64,000 nucleotides of DNA from assembly GCA_030324005.1 (NCBI GenBank), contig JARDVH010000097.1:60098684-60162683 (forward strand). The letters run 5' to 3'. A program made the translations under genes and the position numbers. Positions 37,278 through 49,288 of the stretch are shown here, piece by piece. The number at the start of each line of letters is the position of its first letter. Position 1 is the first letter of the stretch. The DNA is from Negaprion brevirostris (lineage: Eukaryota). Under the pieces are notes generated by a model, which saw only the letters and a program-made list of their open reading frames with translations, was not told the origin of the DNA and did no database searches.

Positions 37278-38419
37278 NNNNNNNNNNNNNNNNNNNNNNN
37301 NNNNNNNNNNNNNNNNNNNNNNNNNNNNNNNNNNNNNNNNNNNNNNNNNNNNNNNNNNNNNNNNNNNNNNNNNNNNNNNNNNNNNNNNNNNNNNNNNNNN
37401 NNNNNNNNNNNNNNNNNNNNNNNNNNNNNNNNNNNNNNNNNNNNNNNNNNNNNNNNNNNNNNNNNNNNNNNNNNNNNNNNNNNNNNNNNNNNNNNNNNNN
37501 NNNNNNNNNNNNNNNNNNNNNNNNNNNNNNNNNNNNNNNNNNNNNNNNNNNNNNNNNNNNNNNNNNNNNNNNNNNNNNNNNNNNNNNNNNNNNNNNNNNN
37601 NNNNNNNNNNNNNNNNNNNNNNNNNNNNNNNNNNNNNNNNNNNNNNNNNNNNNNNNNNNNNNNNNNNNNNNNNNNNNNNNNNNNNNNNNNNNNNNNNNNN
37701 NNNNNNNNNNNNNNNNNNNNNNNNNNNNNNNNNNNNNNNNNNNNNNNNNNNNNNNNNNNNNNNNNNNNNNNNNNNNNNNNNNNNNNNNNNNNNNNNNNNN
37801 NNNNNNNNNNNNNNNNNNNNNNCTCAATCTGACATTGCAAGCAGCAGTTCTAGACTGGCACTACATGTACTTTAGAGAGTGACCACTGAGAACTGTCTTT
37901 GGGCTCCTTGAAGATGGAAGAGTGGATGATAACACCCACTGAAGGACCTTTCATTGACATTGATAAAAGCAAGAGATTAAAGTCTCCACTGCTGTCAGAT
38001 GCTGGGAATGGGACGAAAGAAAATGTAAATCAGCCAGCCAGGCCTTTCTTTTGAAACAGAAACAGAAAATATTAGAAGTACTTGTCAGATCAGAAAGGAT
38101 CTGTGGAGATTTAGTATTTGAAGTTGATGATTTTTCACCAGAATGTTAAGCACTGTTTATCATCCTAGGTTGAAATAATGGAGGCTATTTAGTCTTTCCT
38201 GTGAGTCATCAGGCTCATTGTTTTGGGGTAGATCCATTTATTTAGAATGCAGGAAGAACTACCTAGTATAATTTGAGAAAAGATTTGAAAACTAAAGCAG
38301 GATGTCCCAGACATCTTTGTAATGCTGTTAAATGAAATAAAGATTTACTTAACAATAACATTCACAATAAGAAAATCAACTTGAAATTCACCTAACTAAC
38401 ACAATGGCTAAGTACAGTA

Positions 38420-38618
38420 GCCGGAATTTTCTGACTGATCCCGCCAGTGCGATCTTCCGGTCCTGCTGACAGTAAACCCCAGTCAGGGGTACCACAGCAG
38501 CAGAAGGGCGCATACAAAGCCATGACAGCAGCAGGACTAGGAAATCCCAGCGCTAGCCATGGCAGGCTACCTCCATCACTACAAAAGGTGCTGTGGGGAT
38601 ACACAGAAAATCCTGGCC
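38420..38618. mobile_element. MITE
   Basis: TIRs gccggaattttctg / cagaaaatcctggc; internal gatcttccggtcc motif shared with the 35354 copy. Confidence 0.7.
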
Positions 38619-39329
38619 AGTATCTTTAATGTTACCCTGTGTTTCCTAATTTCAGAGTTAATACTCCCTAATCAGCATCCTATAGAGCTTCAAAGATTAT
38701 GGACAAAATCCGGTAATAGTTACCACACCAGGCACTTCGATCTCTCGGGGTTGCTTCTGACATAGGACTTTTCTACATGTACAGCTTGCTGGGAGTTCAT
38801 GCAAATTTTCCTGCTGAGTTCTCAAAGCAGCTAACTTGAATAGGTTGAAGTTGCTTCTGATATATTGTTTTCCCATTTGATCTTTCCTTACTTGAACTAA
38901 CCATAGCAGAGGTAGCTCTTAATTGCCTTCATCATAAAAGTCCATCTTTTAGAACATAATTGTATAGCTCATACCTTGTCTCCTCTTTAATCAAACCCGC
39001 GATATTCTTTTCTCTATTGTTACCAACTTGCCTTAGGTAAACATCTATTTATGGTATTGTTATCAAAAGCACTAGTTTCATCAATCCAGGCAAATTGTTT
39101 CTATCAATACACACCTTTGATTTTTAAATAGTTTAAAATAAGACCATACATCAGCAGAACTCAGCGAGAAGGGTGGAAAATTCTGGCCATTGAATCAATT
39201 TCCGCATGTACAGTGTTGAAACCAACTCTTCTTCTCCATCATGGCCTTGATTCTTCCAATTCCTCTGTGCTTTCATACTATTTGTCAACATGAAGCCTTG
39301 GATGAGCTACCATTTCTTCCAGTAGCATT

Positions 39330-39755
39330 TCTTGAAGATGGCTGAACAGGTGGATACAGTAGTTAAAAAGATACACACAATACTTGGCTTAATTGGTAGA
39401 ATACAAAATCTAGGAAGTTATGTTGGAACTGTATAAAATACATTTTGAACACTGCTTACATTCTGGTCACTGCATTGCAGGAATGACAGGGATTACACTA
39501 CAGAGGGTACAGAAGAGATTTATGAGGACATTGCCTGGAATGGAGAATTTTTGTTATGAGGAAAGACTGGACAGGCTAGGGTTGTTTTCTTTAGAATAGA
39601 GATTGTTGAGGGGAGATGAGGGCGCCAGATAAAGTGATAGGAATATCCTATCCCACTTGGTTTTTGTTTCCATATCAAGGGGAAATGAGCTTAGGGTAAG
39701 AGTTTAGAAGTTTAGTGCTGATTCAAGGAGGAATGTTTTCACCCAGTGGTTTGGG
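39330..39755 (+). mobile_element. CR1 LINE ORF2 C-terminal fragment
   Basis: gagggtacagaagagatttatgaggacattgcctggaatggag...ggctagggttgttttctttagaa (RVQ-RF-R-LPG-E...LGLFSLE). Confidence 0.85.
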
Positions 39756-40149
39756 NNNNNNNNNNNNNNNNNNNNNNNNNNNNNNNNNNNNNNNNNNNNN
39801 NNNNNNNNNNNNNNNNNNNNNNNNNNNNNNNNNNNNNNNNNNNNNNNNNNNNNNNNNNNNNNNNNNNNNNNNNNNNNNNNNNNNNNNNNNNNNNNNNNNN
39901 NNNNNNNNNNNNNNNNNNNNNNNNAGTGCCTCCTTCTGTGTTGGAAGTTTCTATGTTGTACACTGGGAAGACAGGAGCCATTGTCTTCATTCCTTCTCAC
40001 AACCCCTTGTCCTTTCTATCTAAAGAATGTCCATTTATATCTCCATTGCATCACCCATCTCCAGCCACCACATTCCAACTGCCACTAAAATCCATATTCA
40101 TGTCTTTCATTCATTTCTTCAAGTTTCATCTTCCATAAGCTTTATCTCA

Positions 40150-40435
40150 TCTAAAACCAGTTTGCTTATGTCCAATCCTATATCAATTCCACTCACTCAT
40201 CACCCCCAGCTTCCTCTTCAGTTCCTCAAAATTTCCATTTTAAAATTCATATTCTGGTGTTTAAATCCTTTCCTAGTCTTGCCTCTCTCCATCTCTCTAA
40301 CTTCCACCAGCTTGAGAACCACCCGAAATTCTCCATCTGAACTCTTGGATATTGCCCCCTATTTTCACCCCATCAATGGTGGTTGTGCCTTTGGTCACTC
40401 TGGCCTCCAGTTCCGAAACTCCCTACCTTTTCAAT
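40150..40435 (+). mobile_element. L2-like LINE 3' fragment
   Basis: ccattttaaaattcatattctggtgtttaaatcc...ggtggttgtgcctttggtcactctggcctccagttccgaaactccct (FKI...VFK; GGRAF...P.LWNSLP-like). Confidence 0.7.
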
Positions 40436-41074
40436 AAAGAAGAAAAATGTACATGTGGTATAAACTGCACTGTTATTCACTATTATCTTTTTGTCCTGCT
40501 ACCCAAGATCAATGACACCCTCATGTTCTTTTGAAACAATTTATAATATTTCCAAATAGAGCGAGCACGGTAAATCTTCAACTTACACTTATGGTAATGC
40601 TAAAACATTACAGTCAGGGAAAATCTTCCTCTCTTATATGTTTGTTTATTGAAAGTCTCACGCATGCCCTGCCTTCATCCTAGATGTTATTTCTTTCCTT
40701 TCAACCAGTTTTTAATAATTTATGTATTAGAAAACCATCCTAAAATGTTCATATCTTAAACTAATAATTTGAAATTTCTTAAAAATAACAATAGTTGTGA
40801 TGAGTGGGGAGTGACTGCACTTGTTTTTAGTTTGATATTTTTAAGGCTAATATACATTTTTGAGAGGTTGAAATTAATTTTGAGAAGTTATACATTGGGT
40901 TGGTAGAATGATCTCTGAATGCGTGAGAGTGGGAACATCATTCTGGTCTCCTATTCCTGTCGAGCAAAATACAGNNNNNNNNNNNNNNNNNNNNNNNNNN
41001 NNNNNNNNNNNNNNNNNNNNNNNNNNNNNNNNNNNNNNNNNNNNNNNNNNNNNNNNNNNNNNNNNNNNNNNNNN

Positions 41075-42050
41075 CCACCCCCTTCCCTCCCCACTCAGGC
41101 TCTTCTCCCCTGAGACCACCCCATTCAGTCTCCCTTCAGGGCAGGTGCCTTGGAAGTGCCAACATGAACCACCCCCGGACACTGGCATTGAAACCCTGGT
41201 CAGGCACCTTGTGCCCTGAGGGTGGTCAAGAATATAGGTCCAGTGGCCATTTTCCCCTCTGCTGCTGCCTGGCTGCAGAGGAAGGACCCCTCAAGGACCC
41301 TGGCAGTTGGGGGCAAAGGATTGACATTGCCATTCTATGCTGGAATGGGAGTGTTGTGGCTGGACTGTCCCTTCAAGCCCTGACAAACCTGAAGATCACT
41401 CCTGGCATGGTGATTTCAGAAAGCCCTGTGATCAACATCTTCATTCCAGGCTGTCAGCTGTGAAAGTTTTGAAGTGACCAGGTCACTTTAATCTCCATGT
41501 CTCCGTAAATAACTGGTTTTTAAATCTCTGCAGCACCCCATTCCACAGCAGAGATTTTCCTTCCTTTCTGTCAAAAGCTTCAAGCCAGACCTCCCTGAAG
41601 TCACCTGACAGAAAGGAGATTTCAATCTCACCTGGAGAGGATCCCATGCTGCACAGCAGTGCACTCAGCCCCAGTGTATACTCACAGCTTTGGTTTGAAG
41701 TTTTTGAGGCTTCCTAGCAAGTTGAATTCACTGAAATATTCTCCATTCCAGTGGAACCCTCTAATTTCTACGTGCAGTGGTTTGAAAAAGATTGCACTGA
41801 CAGCTCAATGAATTCTTTTCATCCTCCAGTCACCTGTATTTATTTGAATCTCTTTTCAAGCTTGAATGCACTCAAGTACCCCATTGATCCAGACTGCAAC
41901 CTGGACAGAGTCTATTGACCTCCTATGGTTTCACTTTCTCTTTTGCGCATCACCATCCTTTTGAATAAATCACTTGCTGCTGAAGGATTAGGGGAGCTGA
42001 GGGAGGTGCCTGAGTTTGGGGGGGTGGGGGGGGGGAGCGAGTCATTATAA
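41075..42050 (+). repeat. Unclassified interspersed repeat, copy A
   Basis: 41380-41960 aligns by eye with 46050-46620 (acctgaa-atcact-ctggcat-gt-atttcag; ctgcagcac-ccattc; tgaatgca-ctcaagtacccc). Confidence 0.65.
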
Positions 42051-42564
42051 TTGCTGATATTTTATCAAATTGATTTTTTAATCTTTTACTGTTTTTGCTC
42101 TTTCTCTCTCTCCTAACCTAATCTTTCCCTCTCTTTATTTTGTTTTTGTTGCTCATGTGACACTGAATTCACCATTCTAATTTATACTTCCTTCACAGTG
42201 ATGTTAACTTCACAACCTCTCAATCTACTTGGTTAAGATGGTACATGTCGTGTACCACGTTCTGTCATGCCCAGATCCATGCTGTTTTCATCTTGCATTT
42301 CAGTAATTTGTAGAGCAAGGATAATGTTTCACAGAAAGATCCCTATTCACAGACCTTTTAATAATATGTTTTTCTGGAATTTTCTGCAAATAGTAAAACG
42401 AATACATCTTTCCAAAATAATAACGCCAAGAATTCTAGAGAACTCAGTGGCAACTAAGAACACAAACTGTTTATTGATCTGCCGCAAGAAACTTTGGGCC
42501 AATAAATGGAAAATTACAAATTCAATTCATTTTGGAAGAAAACCCAAACCAAAGCTGCTTTACA

Positions 42565-42946
42565 GCTCCAAGGACCTGGCTTGGGTCACTGCCTGTGTGG
42601 AGTTTGCACATTCTCCTTGTGTCTGCATGCGTTTTCTCTGGGTGCTCTGGTTTCCTCTCACAATCCAAAGATGGCTAATTGGTCATGCTAAGATTGCCCC
42701 TTAGTGTCCCAGGATGTGTAGGTTAGAGGGATTAGTGGGTAAATATGTAGGGATAAGGTTCATGATGGGCGATATAGGAAGGATGTTTGAGGTAGATTCT
42801 TCACTCAGAGAGTGGTTGGGGTGTGGAATGCACTGCCTGCTGTGATAGTGGAGTCGGACACCTTAGGAACTTTCAAGCGGTTATTGGATAGGCACATGGA
42901 GCACTCCAGAATTATAGGGAAGGGGTAGCTTGATCTTGGGATTGGG
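42565..42946 (+). mobile_element. HE1 SINE fragment followed by a CR1 3' fragment
   Basis: HE1 V-domain at 42575-42760; CR1 3' region ttcttcactcagagagtggttggggtgtggaatgcactgcc at 42770-42946. Confidence 0.85.
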
Positions 42947-45799
42947 NNNNNNNNNNNNNNNNNNNNNNNNNNNNNNNNNNNNNNNNNNNNNNNNNNNNNN
43001 NNNNNNNNNNNNNNNNNNNNNNNNNNNNNNNNNNNNNNNNNNNNNNNNNNNNNNNNNNNNNNNNNNNNNNNNNNNNNNNNNNNNNNNNNNNNNNNNNNNN
43101 NNNNNNNNNNNNNNNNNNNNNNNNNNNNNNNNNNNNNNNNNCAATCCGCAAAAATATTCTGCAATTTTGCTGCTGAAAATATTTTGACAGAATATTAATG
43201 AAATTAATTCTGGATGGTTATAGATTCTGACGATGCATAAAATCTAAGGAAACATTAGCAATGAGCTTTATTCTGGGGTGTAATGGACAGATTTACTTTG
43301 GTGGCAGCAAGGTTTAATCATTCCCAAAGCACTTGTGAGAACTTCTTGAGATTTTGAAAATTCTGCATCGTATCATACAAACAAAAATATGAAACAATCT
43401 GTCTAAAATATATTGTCTAATTCAAAGATTATTTTCAAAAAGAAAATAGTCTGGGCTGTGTTTTTGACTCTAATTATCTTGGCTAAATTCCCATATTCAT
43501 AAACCAAGCATAACAGGATGTCAAACTAATTCGTTAATATTTAAATACAAAGTGAAACCATATGTTCAGACCACTGAGTTTTATGAAAATTAAACTTAAA
43601 AAACCCCCAGTACTTTACTGAAAACACATACAATATTGATGGATACCTCATCTTGATTTACTTAGGAAGCCCACCCTGCTCCATAATTTTTTTAACCATT
43701 CTTTAACCTTTATTTTTGTTTTATTTCATCGTGGATCAACATTCAACACCAAGTTTAGAATTTTTTTCAGGGAAAAACCCGTCTGTTTCCATGGAACTAC
43801 CTGACAGCATTCCTCACGTATACGTTATAAACACTAGGGGGGGCTGCAGGTTTAAAAAGTGACAAAGAAAATTCGACTGTCATAGATAATAACACCATTC
43901 CTATTTCAATCTTCAGAATTGAAAATTATTTTCAGTTCTTAAACTGTAAGCCAATACAGTTAAATAATTTGAATATTTAACCACAATTAATCTTTGCAAG
44001 TATCTGATAATTATTTTATTTTAACAGCCAGACTTCATTTTGAAACATCAGTCAAATAAATAGTCAATCTCAGTGAAATTAAATTTGTGCACAGTTACAG
44101 TTTGTGTGACATATCTGCATGGGAGACTCCATTACAGCAATGCCAACACTGTCAAGCCTGTCTCTAGATCTGGTGAACTGTTTGTGAACCTCTTGTGGCT
44201 GTGGGTAAATCATTCGCTGGTCTGAACACTGAGACACTTAGATGTCGCCACCTACAAGCACAGCTTTGTTATATAAATCCTTCACTGCGTATATAATGTC
44301 ATGATCCGTGAAAGCAACAGAAAATAAACTTCTCACCATTGGACAATTCTGGTCTTAACAGAATCAACCTCATCATTTTAAACACAATGACCGTGCACAG
44401 TGGATTAGATTAAGGAATTAGAAATGTTAAGGCCTGCAACATGGAGGCTTGCATTATGCTGACTTTTGTTTCGTAAGATATAGANNNNNNNNNNNNNNNN
44501 NNNNNNNNNNNNNNNNNNNNNNNNNNNNNNNNNNNNNNNNNNNNNNNNNNNNNNNNNNNNNNNNNNNNNNNNNNNNNNNNNNNNGGGGGGGGGGGGTGGT
44601 CGGGGTCCACTCCCAGATTTTTAGCTGGAAGGGTGGGGACCTCTGCACCCCATAAAATCAAATTTTTAAAAATGTGAGCAAATTATACATTTAATAATAA
44701 GACACTGTCAGCAGAAGGACAGACAACAGCCTTTGTGCACTGAGATTACAGTTTGTTCAAGTAGGGAAGAACATTAAACTTTATCCAAAGGCTGAGCATA
44801 ACAAAATGCCAGTGTCATTCTCATTCAGTGTACATGCTCTGTTCTTTTCCATTTACATCCATTCTCCCTTCACACTTCACTACATGGTAAAGTCATTAGT
44901 TAAAGCAGCTCAGTAAGTTAAAGCTGTAATATACTTTTGGCATCTCCCTTCAGTCCTTATTTGCAGTAGAATTTTATCATCATTTCATGCAGAAAACAAA
45001 TGTAAAGCAAGCCAGTCCATTAGTGAGTTTCCCCGAGTGACATTTCCTCTTATTGCCTATCTGAGATTTCAGAATCCTTCATTATTCTTTTATTTATATT
45101 CAGCAGAGCCACAAAAGCTATTAAATATCCCCGAAAGCTTACAGATTTTTGTCAAGCTATATCTTTCACCATCACATTTGCTCTAATCCAAAATATGTCA
45201 AAGTTAAGCATGCGTACAAGCCAAGATCTGGCTCCTTATTTTTCCTTTGGTTTTTCCTTCTCCTTTCTCAGCTGAGTTCCAGTCTACAGCACAAGAAGAT
45301 AAGTTAAGCAAGGAATAAGGAAAAAGGTTATTCAACCCATCAGACCCATTATTCTATCATCCACACAGAATCCACTCTTTCAACGTAGCCATTCTTAGCA
45401 ATAAAGGCTCTGCTAAGCTTCTCCCTTTCCTGGCCCTGGCAAATCAAGCAAAACTCCAGAAGACCTTTCTAATCTCTAATTTTACGCACTGCATCATGCC
45501 TTTCTTGACATGACATATCCAAGGTCCCAGCAGCTCAGGAACTATCATGTTCAACAGAGCCTTTGATTATTTCCATCTGTACTGGGGCTGTCAAGCGAAA
45601 TGAAAAAATAACAGCGATCAATCTCTTGTTTAAAAGTTTTAATCAGAGTTAATTTTCTGTTTCAGTGGCATATTGCATTGATACATTTACTGGATCACAA
45701 CCTTTTTCTTGTTTATTTGTACAGGTTTTTAAAAGGTTAGAGAAGTGTCTAAGTTATGTAGTATTCTGTAAAGTAGGAAACGACTGAGGCAAGGAATTA

Positions 45800-46700
45800 T
45801 ATTACCTTGGCAGTGCCAATGGTGCACTGCCCTGGCACCATGGCACTGACACCCTGACCTGGTGCTTCGGACCCAAAGGGGGAGGTAGGTCCAGTGGGCA
45901 TCTGCCCCTCTGCCACAGCCAGGCTACAGGGGGAGTGTTCCCCCAAGGGTTCTGGGGGTTGGGTGGGCTCAGGCTGGGGTCAAGGGGTTGATCTTGGTGC
46001 AGGCTCATGGGATGGGGGTTCCATGGCTGGTCAAGCCTTTCTAGCTCTGGCAGACCTGAACATCACTGCTGGCATAGTAATTTCAGTAACATCTTTGTCC
46101 CTGCCTGTCAAGCGTAAATAAAGTAATGTGGCCATTTCAACTAATCTCCACATCTCCTGGACAATTGGCAGGCTTTTAAATTACTGCAGCACTCCATTCT
46201 GCAGCGAGGATTCCCTTTCTCTCTGTCAGAAGCTACTCTGACAAAAAGGTGTGAGTAGAAGCCCTCTGACAAAAAGATGTCAATTTCACTAAGAGGGATG
46301 GTCCCCCTCTTCACATTCAGCTGTTTTAGTTGAACTCTGAGCCTTCCTAGAAAGCTGAAACCTTTGAAACCCTCTCTATTGCATTAAAAACCTTTGATCT
46401 CTTTCAATTTTATAGTGCTTTTCATTAGGCTTTAATTCACAGCTAAATGCTAAAGTTCAGGCTCCAATCAGCTCTGTTTATTTACATTTCCTTTCTCGCC
46501 TGAATGCATCTCAAGTACCCCCACTATCTCTAACTACTTTTGTTTATATAGACTCTAAGCCTGCTTGACTGCTGTGGCTTTTCAAAGGGAATAAGTGGCT
46601 TCACTTCCTTTTTAGCAGACCACTTATTTGAGTGGTGGTAAGGAGTGGAGGGAGGGAGAGGATGCCCCTTTTGCTGAGGGGTTGGTGCTGTATCCTGGAC
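45800..46700 (+). repeat. Unclassified interspersed repeat, copy B
   Basis: Homologous to 41075-42050; GC-rich 5' part with ggcagtgcc/ggcactg motifs. Confidence 0.65.
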
Positions 46701-46967
46701 TCCCAGAGTTCAACACGCCAGGCCCACACTGGTCATTAACAGCACCAAAACCTGCCCAATACATTTACCACTGGAGAGATGGATGAATAGTGGGGGGAGA
46801 TGGGGAGAGGAGAGGATGGTGAATGGGCAAACAAACCCACTAATTGTATTCCAATTTGTGGGTTTGCATAATTACTGATTTGCTGCCTGCTATGGGGGCC
46901 GTTGGGGGCCAGCAGGGTAGACTGGGAGCATTGCGCCAGGTTTGGCAGCTGGCATCAAACTTAGTGT

Positions 46968-47268
46968 TTCATAGTATAGAAGGAGGCCATTTGGCCCATC
47001 GAGTCTGTACCAATCACAATCCCACCTAGGCCCTATTCCTACAGCCCCATGCATTTACCCTAGCTGATCCCCCTGACACTAAGGGACAATTTAGCATGGC
47101 CAATCCACCTAACCCGCATTTCTTCGGACTGTGGGAGAAAACCAGAGCACCCGGAAGAAACCCACACAGACACAAGGAGAATGTATAAACTCCACATAGT
47201 CATCCAAGGCTAGAATCAAACCCAGATCATTGGTGCTGTGAGGCATCAATGCTAACCACTGTGCCATC
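46968..47268 (-). mobile_element. HE1 V-SINE (CR1-tailed)
   Basis: Reverse-complement copy. Confidence 0.9.
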
Positions 47269-48042
47269 TTAAAAACTTTCCTTAGTGAAGTCTTGCATTA
47301 TGTTACATTAACTTAACAATACCATCAAGTGGCTAATACACAATATAATGTATTAAAAATCCTTAAATTACATTGAGTAATCATCAGGGAAAGAGGAAGT
47401 AGCCTTCAGTAATTGGTAAGCAGGCATCTGGAACTAGACTGAGCGTCACATCTGGTCAAAAATAGAGGCGTAATCATGATTGGACAAATGGGATGAATCT
47501 GAGCTCTACTATTCTGCAGTTTGGATGATAAAAAGAAATCATCTGATTTTTGCTCTGTGGGGATTTAAAAATAAATTATAGGAGTCTGAATTCCTTTTCT
47601 GCACTGGCCAGTGTGTAACTTCTCGATCTTCACTTTAATAGAAGGATAATTATGGGCTGACAATTCCCAACATGGAATTTCTACCCCTTTATCATTTTAT
47701 CCCCATTTGACTGGGGTCGGAGGGGAACATTTGAAACCCCTCTAAGGTGGGCATGGGAATCACTGTGCCAATTACTTCCAGCCCAGACAGCACACCAACC
47801 TTATACAGCCTTCTCAGTGTCATGATCGCAACATACAGACAGCACTGGTGTCACGAATGGGGCACTACATAACTCAGCAGGGGGCCCAAAATCATGAGAG
47901 GCTAGCACCAGTTAAAATTAAAGCTGCAATGCTCACAGCCACCTATGTCTCTTACAGGGCAGGTACATAGACCATACATAGCAGGTGCTGTAGGCCATTC
48001 TACAACTGTTCCTTTCCTGAAAAGGGCACTATAATGTAACAA

Positions 48043-48417
48043 GATGGGAGAGAGCCTCCCATCCATTGACTCTATCTATACTTCCTGCTGCCTTGGCAAA
48101 GCAGCCAGCATAATTAAGGACCACATACACCCCGGACATTCTCTCTGCCACCTTCCTCCTTCGGGAAAAAGAAACAAAAGTCAAGGTCACGTACCAACCG
48201 ACTCAAGAACAGCTTCTTCCCTGCTGCTGTCAGATTCTTGAATGGACCTACTTTGCACTAAGCTGATCGTTGTCTACACCCTAGCTATGTCTGTAACATT
48301 ACATTCTGCAGTCTCTCGTTTCCTTCTCTGTGAATGATATGTTTTGTCTGTATAGCACACAAGAAACAATACTTTTCACTGTATGTTCATATATGTGACA
48401 ATAATAAATCAAATCAA
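48043..48417 (+). mobile_element. Rex1/Babar LINE 3' end, nested in the Harbinger element
   Basis: LPSIDSIYTSCCLGKAASIIKDHIHPGHSL and cgactcaagaacagcttcttccctgctgctgtcaga (RLKNSFFPAAVR); (aaatc)n tail. Confidence 0.88.
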
Positions 48418-48971
48418 AGAGTGGGTTTCAAGAATTTCCAATGCTGTACGTAAGTCCTTGATCTTGGAGTTGTTGAGGAGGAGAGATGTGGTCTATTCAC
48501 AGCAAGCCAAGTAAGTCTCTAAACAAACTCTGAGGCATAGTGAAGTCAGATAGCTATGGCAGTCAGTGCCAGAGAGCAAGTCCCAAGGATCTGGATGCAG
48601 TGTCACAAAACATTCAATGACTTCACATGACTGGTCAATGCTAGTAAATGCATCTTCAAATGCCATGTCCTACCAACTGCACCACAGGCCTATCACTCAC
48701 ATACCAACCATCTCTATCAATCACAACTCACACCTACCATTGACTGCTGCACCTCACCCACTTACATTGTTGCAGACCTCACACCCCATATCACAGCTTG
48801 CACACTCTGCCAAACTGACTGCATGATGCCCTGATACTTATAGGGAAAGGTGGTGCAAAATTGCAAGCGGCAGATACCGGCCCACAGAAGGTGCACATGG
48901 ATACATGTCTTTATCTGAATGGATGAAGTGGTACCTACTATCACCGGATTGGTCATAGCTGTGGCTTTTAG

Positions 48972-49288
48972 AATTATAGAGTCCCTACAGTACAGAAGGA
49001 GGTCTTTCAGCCCATTGAGTCTTTACTGGCAACAATCTCCCCCAGACCCTGTCCCTGTAACTCGACATGTTTACCCTACTAATCCCCCTGACACTAAGGA
49101 GCAATTTAACTTTGTCAATCAACCTAACCTGCACATCTTTGGATTGTGGGGGGAAACCAGAGCACCCATAGGAAATCCATGCAGACATGTGGAGAATATG
49201 CAAACTCCACACAGACCGTGACCCGAGGCCGAAATTAAACCCAAGTCCCTGGCACCGTGAGGGAGCAGAGCTAACCACTCTGCCACCA
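48972..49288 (-). mobile_element. HE1 V-SINE nested in the Harbinger element
   Basis: Full reverse-complement copy. Confidence 0.9.
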
